Shown here in pieces: positions 1-13,648 of a stretch of DNA of 64,000 nucleotides. This stretch comes from Ylistrum balloti (taxonomy: Eukaryota), in contig NW_026782720.1 of assembly GCF_031769215.1 (NCBI RefSeq), forward strand, positions 248,001-312,000. The letters are read 5' to 3'. Below the pieces are notes generated by a model. The model saw only the letters and a program-made list of their open reading frames with translations. It was not told the origin of the DNA and made no database searches. Each line of letters begins with the position of its first letter. The first letter of the stretch is position 1. Made by a program: the position numbers and the translations under genes.

Positions 1-729
1 AGATATGCAGTGGTTATGTTAATATTAATTTCACTTATTTATTTTGGTTTTTAATGGGAAAACAAAGCACATTATGTTCTGGTTTAATGTTTATGATTGC
101 TTAAGATGAAATCATCAAGGTATGGTTTCGAATTTCACACCATTTCTGCCACATGAATTAAAAATGGATTCTCATTTGAAAACTATCTGTCTCGAGCCAA
201 TGCGAAAAAAAGAAAAGGGAGGCCAACTGCAGAGAAAAAATTGTGCCTCGAGTAAAGAGTTCTGGACACTAGTTACTAATTGAAGGAGTATGGTGCTTCA
301 CTCAAGTATATTTTTGTCTTTAGATATCAGTAACTGTAGTGTAGTGTAGTGCATCGACAGAATGTTGTTCAGTAATAAACATTTAGTTATGAAGTAAACA
401 TACTGACCCGATACTCTAGCCTAAGTAAGGATCATTAAATGAAAAAGTTGAATACTTACAAAGTTATAAGCATTCACTGGCAAAATCTTACCTGCTTTTG
501 GTGAAAGGTCAGATAAATATAAAAGTCTGCTGACTGTTTTCATTTCATTGAAAACAAATCTTACCTGAGACATTATCTGCTCCAAGCTTAAGGCCATGCT
601 TATACCTCTACCCAGCTTATTAAGGAAAATCTCAAAGATTCCTTCAAAAGGCGTTAAAAAACAGGATTATTACTTAACCTTTTTCTTAAAGAACCCTTAC
701 CTTTTGAAAAAGAGAAAATTTATTCTCAC

Positions 730-2300
730 CCGTTTCAATACGAGCTTCTTGACGATCCAAAATGAAAAGACAGTAATTATGCCAGACATGAGAGGGGAGA
801 CAAACCAGGATCCCACTGAAAAATAAGATAATTTGATGACTTTATGAAACCAGCAATATTTACAGTTATTTCAACTAATTAAGGGAATACCGACAATTTT
901 TTCTCTTCATCAGCAATATACTTGATATGTTAATAATATGTGAAATATTACCGAATGTACTCGTTAATTAGGTCAGGTCAAGTTGACTTAGAGCTGATAT
1001 CTAGAGACACCTACCAATGAGGCCTTTAGAGCTGATATCTAGAGACACCTACCAATGAGGCCTTTAGAGCCGATATCTAGAGACACCTACCAATGAGGCC
1101 TTTAGAGCCGATATCTAGAGACACCTACCAATGAGGCCTATCTTTTTCCAGTTTATACCCTGGATACCGTGGGCAACAAGGGAGAATCCAACCGTGGCCC
1201 CAACAATACTATGGGTTGTGGATACAGGCAGTTTTAGCAATGTTGCCACAAACAACCACACACATGATCCTTAAAAGATAAAAAGAAAAACCTCCATTTC
1301 AGTTTTTGAATAAAACCCTGAATTCATTTAAGTTAGAGTATCATTTTTATGCATTTTACTGCTTAAATTTCAAAAGAAAAATCTTAGTTTAACAGAATAT
1401 TTTTACTCCATAACAACTACATACAAGAGTTTAATAGTATGATATTTTCTTTTTTTAATTTTCAAATCTCTATAAATTTTACATCACTTGAACAGGACAA
1501 AAACTATCCCTTAATAAAGAACCTACCTGACAATGCAGCAACATTGCCTGCAAGAAGCAGCGTCTCTGACCCATTGTTGTAGAGAGAAACATCTATTATA
1601 CCCTTTCGTATGGTATCCGACACTCGATAACCTAAACACAAAAAATTCCTATAATTCACTTTTAATTCAAATATGTATATCAGCAAAAATAATTTATTTG
1701 TTCACTTTTATTCTGAATTTGACATAAATATTCATATGCATAAATTGCAATGTTCAGATGACAATTTTGAAAATTCGAAAATGATCCAAAAGATTACCAT
1801 ATTTATCCTACAATATGCCTGGAAACTATATTGTTACTTCAGACTTGAAGTATAAAATGGGACGGTCTTATTACTATAAAATGATATAGTATTTGTTGCT
1901 GTTTCAACTAAAAACTTAAGTACATGTGTGTTTGCTTATTACCCAACATGGGCTTATAGTAAAAGAAAATTATTTGTATATTACTAAATGTAAGAGTTTA
2001 AAAGGAAAAAAAAATTACTTTGGAAGGTTTGTTGTAGCAATGTTAAAAGGATTGATACTGAAAATCTTAAAGCATGACTGAACCTGTTTAACACATGTTC
2101 AATAAATTACCTATTAGGATGGCACCAGCTATTTCAAAGATTGTTCCTAGGATGCATGCTTGTCGAAGGGTAAGTACTTTAGCACCCACAGATGTCCCAA
2201 ATGAATTGGCAACATCATTTGCTCCGATTCCAAATGCCAAAATAAAGGCAATGATAAACCCCACTATCACATACACCAATGCATCCTCACTGACGAGCAT
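730..2300 (-). CDS. SLC20A1: SLC20/PiT sodium-dependent phosphate transporter, N-terminal part (partial; continues beyond window start); likely co-orthologue of SLC20A1/A2
   Basis: Four frame-consistent GT-AG coding exons: 2300-2111 (MLVSEDAL...[41 protein letters not shown], with the PiT GANDVAN signature), 1631-1527 ([14 protein letters not shown]...[11 protein letters not shown]), 1269-1129 ([34 protein letters not shown]...), 815-730 ([12 protein letters not shown]...LVLKR). The first coding exon has an acceptor at 2342-2343, so a 5'UTR exon lies further right. Confidence 0.95.
991..1140. repeat. 38-bp tandem repeat x4 spanning the SLC20 exon/intron junction
   Basis: Unit gagc(t/c)gatatctagagacacctaccaatgaggccttta starts at 991, 1029, 1067, 1105. 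On the minus strand each unit contains ggcctcattg|gtaggt. Confidence 0.95.
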
Positions 2301-3014
2301 TCTCCAAGAACAAGAAGGCTCAAGTCTGACGATGAAAATTCCTGAAAAAAAAATCAAAATTTCAATCTCATCAAAAATATTTTAACCAAAAAGATATAAT
2401 GAAATTGATGGAAAGCTGTAATTTAACATAAACAGTTTGAATTATAATTTGAGAAAATATGGAATGAAACTTGAAAAGAAAAGGAGAATGATTTCAACGA
2501 GAGAAACTTCTAATAAAAGTGAAATATTTTCCTGATAAAAATTATGAGTTTTCATAATCAACAGCACATCATATGAAATGACTTGTTTTTAAGGCGGACA
2601 ACAGTATTTTTGAAAGAAAATTAATCAATTGTGTAGTAACCATTCATAACCATTTGTTGAGAATAGTTTTGGAAACTATAACTATCTTACTCAGCTTGTA
2701 GATCACCGGCCGTAGGTGTGCTAGTGTTAACTCCCTTCTAACATCCGACTTTATACAGACTAGGTGATGTGACTTCACATAATTTGTGACATTATACAAT
2801 ACATCTATTGACTTATCACAAATTAATATCAGGCCATGCATGTGATATATTATTCATAAAATATATAGGCCAAAATACATGTCCCTAATCTTTGACCTCT
2901 ATGACCTATCTTTCTATGGTACCACTAATGGACTAACAGGTCAGAACAGCAATTTCTTTGCAATTTGATAAAAGCATTACCTAGTAAAACTTCAGCTATC
3001 ATGTAAACAGATTT

Positions 3015-3181
3015 CAGGGCTCTCACACCCCATTTTGGGAATGGGGCCTGGGGCCCTTAGAATTGGGGAAAAATAGCGGCGTTTTCCTAAGAATTGGGAA
3101 AACTTGGGGTCTTAATTGGGAAAAAAGATACTATTTTGCGTTGGGGAATTCGGCCCCAAATCTGGCAGATTGAGAGCCCTG
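3015..3181. mobile_element. 167-bp MITE, hAT-like termini, apparent 5-bp TSD
   Basis: Perfect 11-bp TIR CAGGGCTCTCA/TGAGAGCCCTG; GATTT directly flanks both ends (3010-3014, 3182-3186). Confidence 0.75.
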
Positions 3182-3562
3182 GATTTTGAAAAGTACACGA
3201 AGGGCAATATAAAGGTATTGGGATGGTACCACTTTCAGTATCTGATTTATAGCAAAGTGATATAGAAATTAAATACGCAGTACGTGTGTCTTATTACCCA
3301 CCTTTAAATATCTGATCTCAAACCTGGTGTTTACTTTCTTCAACAGTTCCTTGAAACTGTTAGCTTTCCAAACCTGCAAAGACACAAGAAAAAGAAATTG
3401 ATTTGACTTATTACAATATTAGTGCTAAAGTTAAATACTGCTGTTTGTCACTTCAATGTGGAAGAATGTGAAATGAATACAGGATTTCAAAACATAAACT
3501 GCAGGTGTCTGTTATTTGTTACTTTGTCAGAATTGTAATGTCAGAATATTCAGGTCAGATTA

Positions 3563-4521
3563 CCGTAAAAACCCATGTAATGTCCGCACTTTTTTTCACC
3601 GAAAATCAATCCAAAAAAGGGGGTGCGGACATTACAGAGATATAGAGGAAATGAGGACAATTCATATCATATCTCCTTGAATTGTGTTCTTAAAAGTCAA
3701 GCATACCTGATATTATCGTTCTATGGTTTTTCTATGATGTTTCCTCAACCAAACATGATTATTTATGATTATTTATTATAGTTTCCATGGTTAATTCCTT
3801 CCATTTTCTCGTTACAGGTTCGTATTGTGTCTTCGTAATAGGAAGCCATTTTGTTTGACTTTGTCACATGAATAAAGTTAGAGTTATTCCCCTTTCCCCA
3901 TTGAAAAAGCATACCCATGAGCATATACCAAATAACACAACATTTTCATTCTACATTTTACAAAATAACAATAAATAACATGTACAAGAATATTACATAA
4001 AATAAATTCAGACGTTTTATTGATTATGGATCGTTTATCAGAAAGTCTTAATACACAGCAGGCCGGTTTAATAGCGGCCAGAAATGTAGGATGCTCGGAG
4101 TTGGCTGATGGTTGGACGTGGGCGGGTCGTGTTACTGTATAGTTATCGTTAATTGGCTAATCACACGCTCTCACTCACTCACACTCGAGGTGAGGAGACG
4201 ACCCAAGCTGTTTATAACACTGCTGGGCTAACCCTTATCAAAACACCAATTATCGAAATGAGGACTTGTCATACCGGTAAGCTTACTGTACCATTATGGA
4301 GAATAACTGTTATAAACAATTAAGTGAATTCTTGAATGGTACCTGTACGTTATACACAATGCGACATGCTCTCGGCCATTACGACATTAGCTTACGTGAA
4401 ATGAAATCGGCAGCTTCAATTTGCATTTTTTACATGGAAGGTGGGTTTTTTCCCCAGATTTTTGTGTCAAAAAAGCGGTGCGGACATTACACAGATGCGG
4501 ACATTACGTGGGTTTTTACGG
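3563..4521. mobile_element. Non-autonomous Tc1/mariner-superfamily (pogo-like) DNA transposon, about 960 bp
   Basis: TIR CCGTAAAAACCCA(T/C)GTAATGTCCGCA with one mismatch; TA on both flanks (3561-62, 4522-23); no transposase ORF. Confidence 0.85.
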
Positions 4522-4573
4522 TATATATGCGTTTCATGATAATGGGTTTTCTAATTTGATGATTATTTTGCAG

Positions 4574-7500
4574 CTCTCCTTGCCCTGCTGGCAATGTTGG
4601 ACCTATATTTCATCAATGATGCCTATTATAGCACACTCACTAAGGGTGCCTCAGTGCAACTTGTTTTTGGGTTTGAGGTATGTACAGTGTATTTTGATTT
4701 TTTATTCTATTCCCTTTGGGAATGACAAAGCAGTGTTCATGAATTTTAGATATTTCAGATCACAGTAAAAGATCTTTTTTGGTCTGTTATTGTTTAATGC
4801 CTTTAACTTGTGATATGAAATTATAATAAAAAATTTCATTCAATACGTAATCTTTCCTTTAAAAAACTATTGTATTCACATTAGAATTAAAACCCAAAAT
4901 TAAACAAAAACATGCTTTTATCCAATTTAAAGTTTGGGATTATGCATACTGAATTTGTTTTGATTTTGTGAGATTTTCTTTTCAGTATGCTGTGTTATTG
5001 ACAGTGGTGTGGATGACCTTGATGAAATACTTACTCCATTCCATTGATCTTCAGAATGAGAATCCATGGGAAAACAAAGCTGTGTACCTTTTATACACTG
5101 AACTTATTATAGGTACAGTACTGACAGACACCTAACCCTGTAGCTTTGCAAAGTGTTTTCTCGTTTTGCATTATTGAGTTTTTAGCCAGAGAAGTTCAAG
5201 GATTTATCATGCCTGATTAGACAGTTTAGTGTTGGATGCTGTTACAATAAAGGAAATTATCTTAATTTAAATTTTATCCTGAAATTTTATTTTGAGGCCC
5301 ATGTCCTATTGTTTGATAAAGGAAACATTAGTATTGTCATTAAATTAAATATATTCTTGTAATTCAGAATACCATGTACCAGTTATAAAAGTGTAATTTG
5401 TTGTAATATTTTGTGTTGTAGGTTTTATAAAGGTTGTGTTGTACATCGTGTTTATGGCCATTATGATAAAGGTGCACACATTCCCATTGTTTGCTATCCG
5501 TCCTATGTACTTGTCTTTGAGGTGAGTATAGTTTGCTTATCTTTGAAATACATTTATTATGCTTTTTTTAGTCCCTACCAGGGAAAGCAGAAAGAACTAT
5601 AGCATTTCTCACTGTCTGTTCATCTGTCTGGTTCATCTTTTAAAGGGTTTGTTTGTTAAATCTGCACATCCAGAGCAGATAATAAAATTGATATATATCT
5701 ATGTTTTCTATATATATATATCCAAATCAACAAGCAAACAGTCTAATATTACTGTCACGATAGTAAATAGATGTGAAATAATTTGTTCAGAAAAGGAAGT
5801 GGTTTTTCTATATCAGTTATGGTAATCACATATTACTTACACACATACTTTTATAATTTAATGTATTAATTCATTCATTTCATTCATGTAAAGACTTGTG
5901 CATCCGAATATTTCTTTGAGAATTGCTTTAAGTCGATGACAAATGAATGGTTTTTTTATATTCTTTCAGAGGATTTAAGAAAGCTCTTCATGATGTGATT
6001 ATGTCGCGACGTGCTATACAGAACATGAACACATTATACCCAGATGCTACTGCTGAGGAACTGCAGGCAGGGGATAATGTTTGTATCATTTGTCGTGAGG
6101 ATATGTTAGCCAACTGTAAGAAGCTCCCCTGTAACCACATCTTTCATACAAGTTGTCTGCGTTCCTGGTTCCAGCGTCAACAGACATGCCCCACTTGTAG
6201 AATGGATGTATTAAGAATGAATCGTACAGAAACAGCCACACCCCAACAACAGCAGCCACAACCACAACAACAGCCACAGCCTCAACAGCCACAAGTACCT
6301 CAGATGCCTCAAATGCCACAAAATTGTTAGTCATCAATTTTCATTCATGTCAGAATTTTTCTCGAGCTTTAATGACAATTATCTAGAGCCAAGAAATACA
6401 TTTCATTGCGGCAGTATTACATTATGTGAATTTCAGTTGTTGCTTTACTTTAATACTGTTCTTACTGTTCATATTTTTACCTGACAGTATTCCAAGGATT
6501 CCCAGGTATGCCTCCAATGTGGCCAAATATGCCTCAGCAGCCACAAGGTAAACTATTCTCTTATAAACTTAAACTAGCTACCTTTCCATACAATACTGCT
6601 GGTAACTTTCACACAGAAACAGCACACCCCATCCATACATGTATTTACCTTTCCATGGAGTACCTGTCTTCCCTCACATTGCTGGTAGTTATAGTAATGT
6701 TTATACAAGTGTAAGGTAATTTGAACACAGTGTCAACAGAATAAGATATTTCAACAGATTTCTGAATACATGTATTGAAATATTACACCTACATATTTTA
6801 GCCTAGTTTATTTTTATCGAATATGTGATGTCTCTAATAAAACTACTTCCATATCATTTCATTCCATGTGACACATGATACAATTTTTTCAAAAAGAATA
6901 TACATGTTTTATATTTCCTGTTACCAGCTGCTCCAGGGACTTCTACTGCTAGTTCTACATCAGGAACACCACCAGTCTCCAGTACTGCAAGCACATACAC
7001 TGTGGGGTCAACCTCCACACAGCCTACACCCACAACCACTGGTACCACCACAGTCCCACCAATAGTGCCACCAATGCTGCCATTCATGATGCCATATGGA
7101 AACTATGGTAAGAAGATGTTATGTATTCACTGTCCTTCAATACTTGTTAGAGGTCAAAACATTTGAGAATCTGTGTAATTGAGCTATTTTGTTTTATGTG
7201 GGAATCAAGCTTTGAAACTGTATTTGGTAGAAAAGCTCTTTTGATGAGCTATGCTGAAATCATCTACTAATGACAAAAGGATCTAGGTTTAAAATGTTTC
7301 AGTATTTTATGAGTGTTTATGAGAAGGGATGTGTTATAATAGTCATCAATGTATTGTATTGTATACACTGTTTGTAGCCATGCCAAGACCACCCAGAAAC
7401 TTGACTGGTGCGTCTTTGGAGGAACTGAGGGCAATGGAGGGGCAGCAACGAGAGAATGTAGAGGCAAGGCTTCAATGGTTACAGGATATACAGGCTCTGT

Positions 7501-8780
7501 TGGATGGGGCGATGGTGCTTATACATCAGTACAATACTGTTGCTGCACAAACAGGGTAAGAGTTATCTTCCTTTACCAACAAATTTGGGATTTGATAATG
7601 AAATGTATCAGGTCAATTTTCAACTTCAATGTTGAGCAACTTTCAGCATACAAATTAATTTTCTATTTGCTGTTGCTGATTTATTTGCTAATTGTTTTCC
7701 TCAAATCTTTTGTAATATAGGAGAAAATTTATTATATAACCTTAGAAGCTTGTCTAAAGTGCTTTTTACAGGTATATGCCACTCAAATGGAAATATTTGA
7801 TAATGCTTTAATCCGTTTAGTTGATATACCAGTATCTTTTTAAGGAAAGATCCTTTAAATACTTATTACTTGAGTAACCTGCTCAGATTGAAAGTGTATG
7901 CCCATTTGAAATTAAGGCTGCTCCTATTTTAACTTGGTGATTGTTTTTTTGTTTGTGAAGCATTATTCTTGTATTCAAGTCCCCCAGTCATGCATCAGGC
8001 CCTTGCTGACTTTTCAGACATGCTAAATCTTCAAAATCACTTTGTTAGCATTTCCTTGATGTTGATAGGAAGTCTCAATTGATTTTGTCAACACCATAAA
8101 TAATTTTGGTTTGCCTGAATGACTGTGTTGATCCCTTTTCAGGATAGCAGGAATCAGTGCAGCTAGTTTTCCATTATCACAAAAACAGTCTGATAAGAAA
8201 ACAGATATGGAAGTTAATTCAAGCCAAAATTCTGCACAAAATACTGAGACACAAGGTGTAAGCCAACATTCCACAGAAAAAACAGAAGATCAAAACCTTG
8301 GTAAGTTCATGTCCATTTAGATATGTAGAATGTTAATATTGATTTCAATCTTACTTTTACCTATGTTTCTTCTGGTAAGTATATAATCATTATTGATATT
8401 GATTTAATTAGTCAGAAGGGAAATTTATTTCTTAGGTAAAACATAAGCCACATCAGTATGAAATATTTGATTCCGTTGAGTTGAATGTTTCTCTATAGAA
8501 GCATATGTTCCTTGGTGAAACAGTGCCTTTTTAACATGTTGTTTTTAAGATTTTTTCCATTTAACAGTACATATTAATTACTTTTTGACCATTAGATTTT
8601 TCAGGTTTAGAAGGAGCAACAGGTTTCACTCCAGCAAAAGAGGAGACAATTCCTTCATGGGATGACCCCCATGAAGAGGAACATAATGATGAGATGCATG
8701 AGGTACGAAAACGCAGACTACAAAAATTTACAAAGGAGAATCAGTCTGCTGTTAAAGTGGAACACAAATCACAGGACTAA
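4574..8780 (+). CDS. SYVN1: E3 ubiquitin ligase synoviolin/HRD1 (ERAD), 5'-partial in this window
   Basis: Exons 4574-4677 (...TKGASVQLVFGFE), 4986-5112 (YAVLL...HSIDLQNENPWENKAVYLLYTELIIG), 5422-5521 (FIKVVLY...KVHTFPLFAIRPMYLSLR), 5970-6325 (RING-H2 CIICREDM...LPCNHIFHTSCLRSWFQRQQTCPTCR), 6488-6547, 6928-7107, 7378-7555 (EELRAMEGQQRENVEARLQWL...), 8143-8300, 8605-8780 (EVRKRRLQKF...TAA). All GT-AG and frame-consistent. The 104/127/100-nt exon sizes match the human gene as I recall it. Confidence 0.97.
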
Positions 8781-11700
8781 GCCAGCCTGTTACAGACTTA
8801 TAGCAACAATGTGTCTTTGGCTCCTAGTCGACAGAGTGCAGCATTCCTTGGGATAGATGTTTCGTGTGTGTGTGTAGATGTGTGTGTATACAGCTACATA
8901 ATGTATCTGAGAAAGTGTTTGGTATCTGAGATATCGGAAAGAATGTTGTTTGCATGTGATTTATCAGTGACAGTTATAAGGTGTATCTGAGAAAGAGTTA
9001 GCTTCCTGAGGAATTGGCAAGAATAATAGCTACCCGAGGTTTCAGCACTAGTGCAATAGCTAGAATAATTCCAAGTATCATGTACTTGTTAGGGGCGTAT
9101 TTATTTTGGTATCATTAGAACGACATATAAAATGTTTACTCCAAATCACAAATATTATCAATCCTTTGTGTCAGACCTGGAAATTGAACTTGTAATCGAC
9201 ACAGTTTGATATTAAACCAGCAGGTCATTTGAATCTCTTATATTTCAGTAGTAAACTTCTGTGTTACTTCTCAGAAATACCATATCCTAGATTGTACGTA
9301 CAATTTCCTATTACAAATACGATACTTTTACCATATTATACCATAATTTACATCACTCAGTGAACCAGGGAGATTGTTGCTCAAATAAGACATTTAGTTT
9401 GGGTGGACAGGTTTCAAAGCAAAGTGTTGGGATATTTTAAGCTCAGATAGAAATAAATATATGGCTTTTTAATTCATTTTATATTAACTTGTCGTCACAT
9501 GCCAGTACAAGTTCTGATTAATAATTTTTTCTTCTCCAGCTATGTAACGATTTATTTCCTCCTACATTGTATGATATATCAATTCCATTGTAAATCAAAT
9601 TTAGATATGGACATAGAGGCATTGTTTTGCCTGCGTCCATTATTAACTTAAATTAACTTTATTGCATTGTTTGATAACTCAAATATGTATGGTAGTTTGC
9701 TACAGTTTTCCGAAAATCATAAACATGATAAGCTTCTCTTAAATCATGTTTATAATTGTAATTAAGTCCATTAATATCTGTTTATTTCATTGTGCTGTAA
9801 TTAACTCCAACTTCAATATCGTATGTTATCACTCAGAGATTTTATTTTACAATATTAATGCACATATATCGGAAATTAAGTATTTATTAGACCAGTGTTT
9901 TTAAGCTAAAACATAGATATTGGTCGATTTTGATAGAATAAAATCTTATGTCAGGGAATGCTATGCTTTATTTGATGTGATCATGTGGTTAAAATGTATT
10001 GTCATCTTATGCACAAGTGAATGCAAATTGATTTCAAATTTAATTGTTTAATTTATACATTTATATCTCTGTTTATTGACTTAACTCTTTAAAAAATAGA
10101 AACGAAACTCTAGGATTGTGTCCTACTCTTTTTCTCTATCTAAACTTGTTAAGGTATGGAAGGAAATGTTAAAATTCAGTACTTCAACCATTAGATTTTG
10201 TACTAGATTGTTAATAAGTGGTTGGTGATGAAGGTAACATAGAGGGTCATAAATATACCTGGTATTGATGCAGTGCAGAAAGAAATTTCAATATTTTAAT
10301 AGTTGAGACTGACCTCCTGTAGTTAGAATTTACAAACATTTTTTTTTTTATATTCTTTAAATAAGCAATTTATGCTGTTCAAATTCATTCTCATGATCTA
10401 AAGCAACAAATATTTGTTGTAAAAATTACAAATGTATTATATAAAAAACATTTTCATTTTTGCCCGTGAAATCCAGGAATTTATCAATGTGATAAGAATT
10501 CTTATCACGTGATAATATCAGTTCCTTAATGTTATGACCAGTGAGCCGCACTTTTTCGTCACCGCATTGAAATTTGCCAAATGAAGTAAAGGTTGAATAA
10601 GTTGCATTTCCATAAAATCTTTTCCATTTTGATTTCATATTTTCTCAAATGTATTATTTAAAAACAAAATTTTTAATTGATTCTTAGCAGATAACAGCAT
10701 AAATTTGCAGAATGCCACTTACAGTGGCACATAGTACGTAAGTTCAAAATGGCATCTTGTTAATCATAAAACCATAATAATGAGCAAGGAAAGTACATGC
10801 TAGTATTTTTGGAAATACTTATGACTTCGGTTTTTCAAAAATGTAATAAATTCTTAATGGTCGCCTGTTAAAATCTGTACAGCAGAACATATCTATACAT
10901 GCATTATCCTGGGTGAAAAATAAAGATATTCTGCCAAATTTGTGAAATTTATATGATATTAAATGAGACACTATTATAGATATCCTCTATATAGCTGATA
11001 CACATGAAGCTTGATTTGCATTTTGCATACTACAAAGGCTTGCATGGGATGTATGACTTGAAAAAACTTATGGGTCTTATGTGTATGTACACATATGTCT
11101 ATATACATGTGGTGGTATGTGTGGCTTATGCAGGTTTGAGTGTCATAGTATATTAAATACTGCATGTGTTCTTATTTTAATGCCATTCTAATATTAGCTC
11201 CTTTCACCCTCATGTCATTGCACTTATTCAAGTCCAGTACCAAAATTTTTCCAGTTTGTCATTGGGTTTACTACCTGAATTTTAATCGCAAATTGAAATA
11301 GATTGAAGACTAATTTTATTTTGCTTTTTATTTACCTGAAGTGCAGTTTTCCTGAATCTGTGACATGTTTTCTGCTACATAGAATATACATGGTTAGGCA
11401 TAGTAAATCCTTACACCCTTGAGCTTATGGTTATGAAGAATGTAGATCGCTTGTGTGTTTGAATCTTATTGCTGAGTCATCAGAAATACAAAATCATACA
11501 ATAAATTTAAAATAATTTTGATTGACATTCACTTAGCTAAGATAACAAAACCATGGATCTGGAACTTAACTTGGCTGATAATTAATCAGGGCAATATACA
11601 ACAGTCGCTGTTAGTAAGCTGCCAAATGTTGTTACGGTCTATGAACGGGTCAGTACAGATCCACATCCCCTGAACACCTCACAGCAAGCTAACTTTGCCT

Positions 11701-12994
11701 ATCATGACCAAGTTAGCAACTGAGCGTGGGGTTCCAATTGGAGCTAACATCCCTCAAAGTTCTGAAATAAGAATTACACTTAATCAAATACACATAATGT
11801 AGCATTTGTATGTGAGAAGTGTAGCTGAGAAGTCAAGCAGTATACATTTTAGTCTCTTTAAAGATGTAATAATCAAATTAAGAGTTTAAAAGCTGGCAGT
11901 TCATATCAGCAGCATTTGGTTGATTAAAAGTCCAAGACACTGAATTTGTGTTTAGGAGTAAATATGAGGGATCTGGTGTTTGGTTCAGGAATCAAATATA
12001 ACATATTTGATTGTAACTGAATGCGATCTAAATCTGGTTCTTTTGCCCCAATTTTTAGATGAGTTTACATGTTATACAACCAGATGAAATCAATAAAATC
12101 ACACAGATGAAAGAAGAATGGGTTACACAATGTCCTATAATTAAAGAGAAAAACATGTCACAAGTTCAGGAAAGTTTTCTTTGCAAATTATTTCTGTTGA
12201 ACTCCAAAAATGTTTGATTCTTTAAGGAAAAATTGAACCAAGATATCTATTCAGAATGACAGATTTACAGCTGCACAAGTAACACATATCCTTAAAATCT
12301 TATCGGTTCATTGGTGCAAATTTAGACTTTATGGTTGTGGCCAAAGGTTTTTTCAAAGTTATTCATGCTATTAACAGTTCTGCAATTCAAGTTTATGCCC
12401 ATTACCATCCTGTCACTACTTTCTACCTAAGTGTAGATAGGATTATAGTACATCTGAACATAAAGTCTGGTGATTATAATACCATCTTGCACACTCTGTA
12501 CATTGGTGCAAATATGCTTCACAGTGATCATTTGTCTGGTGAAAGTGACAAAGCATTTAACAATGTTGCACATGAATTTTCTAATTGGTTGTGATATAAG
12601 TACATTTATGCAATATTATATTACCAACCTGAAGAAAATCTTTCGAAATATTCATGTGATTACCTAAGAGTAGAATTGATGCAAAATTGTTTGATTTTAC
12701 ATGTGTTTTAACCAGCAAGACATGTAACGAAACAGCTAATGGACTTGGTGCGAAATTAGGATAAGAGACACATTATTACTCAGCATTACATTTACTGGAT
12801 ACACAAAAAGGTAAATGTGTAAAATATGTCCAGTATGCAATAAATTTTGGTATTAACTAGAATAAAGGTTCTTATAACACAACCATTAGAAGATTATTTT
12901 ATTATCTTCTACTGGTTTTGTTCTTTGAAAAAGTTTGATTTTATTACTGCTACAACCTGAAGAAAATGTTCCGAAACATGTTGTGGTTGTAACA

Positions 12995-13648
12995 TTTTTA
13001 GCCTACAATCATCAGATGATTTAATTTTGGTACTGATCAGAAAAAGAAAATGGTTTACAGGCAGCCATCTTGGTTTTTGAGAGTAATAAGCTTATCGCTA
13101 TTTCTTGAGAGGCAGTGGATGGATCATTCTCAAATGTGGAGATTCTTCTTGGTTCCTAGTTAGGCGTCCGATTTTGAGACTAATTTGAAAACTAATATGG
13201 CCAAGAGGCGGCCATCTTGGACTTTAACAGTAATAGTTTGTTATTGCTATTTCTTGAGAAGTACCAGATCAATCACTCTCAAATTTCATATATATGTGTT
13301 CCTCTTGGTTTTAAGCTGTGCTTTTTTGATTCCAGGACTGATCAGAAAAAAAACAAAATGGCTGTCAGGCCTTCATCTTTGACAATGAAAGTTTGTAATT
13401 GCTATTTCAGGATGGATTGTTCACAAATTATATACATTAGTTTCCTTGACTCATTAGATGTGCTCGTCTGGTTTGACACTTATCAGAAAGCCCAAAAATT
13501 AAGTTTAGAGACAGCTATCTTGGATTTGACAATTGAAGATTATAATTATTGGGTTTTTAATAGAAAAGAAGGGAAATAATCAAACTTTTAAAGAACAAAT
13601 AAAGATCAAATAATGGTGGGCACCAAGATCCCTCATGGGTATCTTGTC
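12995..13648 (+). mobile_element. Degenerate Helentron-associated non-autonomous element (HINE, TTTTTAGCCCACCATC-type)
   Basis: 5' end tttttagcctacaatcatcagatg; decayed copies of the ~155-bp internal unit seen at 41.4-43.4 kb; 3' end atggtgggcaccaagatccctcatgggtatcttg. Confidence 0.7.

Noticed and set aside
2691-3373. Possible SLC20 5'UTR exons at 3373-3324 and 2759-2691 (minus)
   Set aside because: AG/GT boundaries are plausible but non-coding exons cannot be verified without transcripts.
6241-6325. PQ-rich coding repeat in SYVN1
   Set aside because: Low-complexity Pro-rich sequence after the RING is normal for HRD1 proteins.
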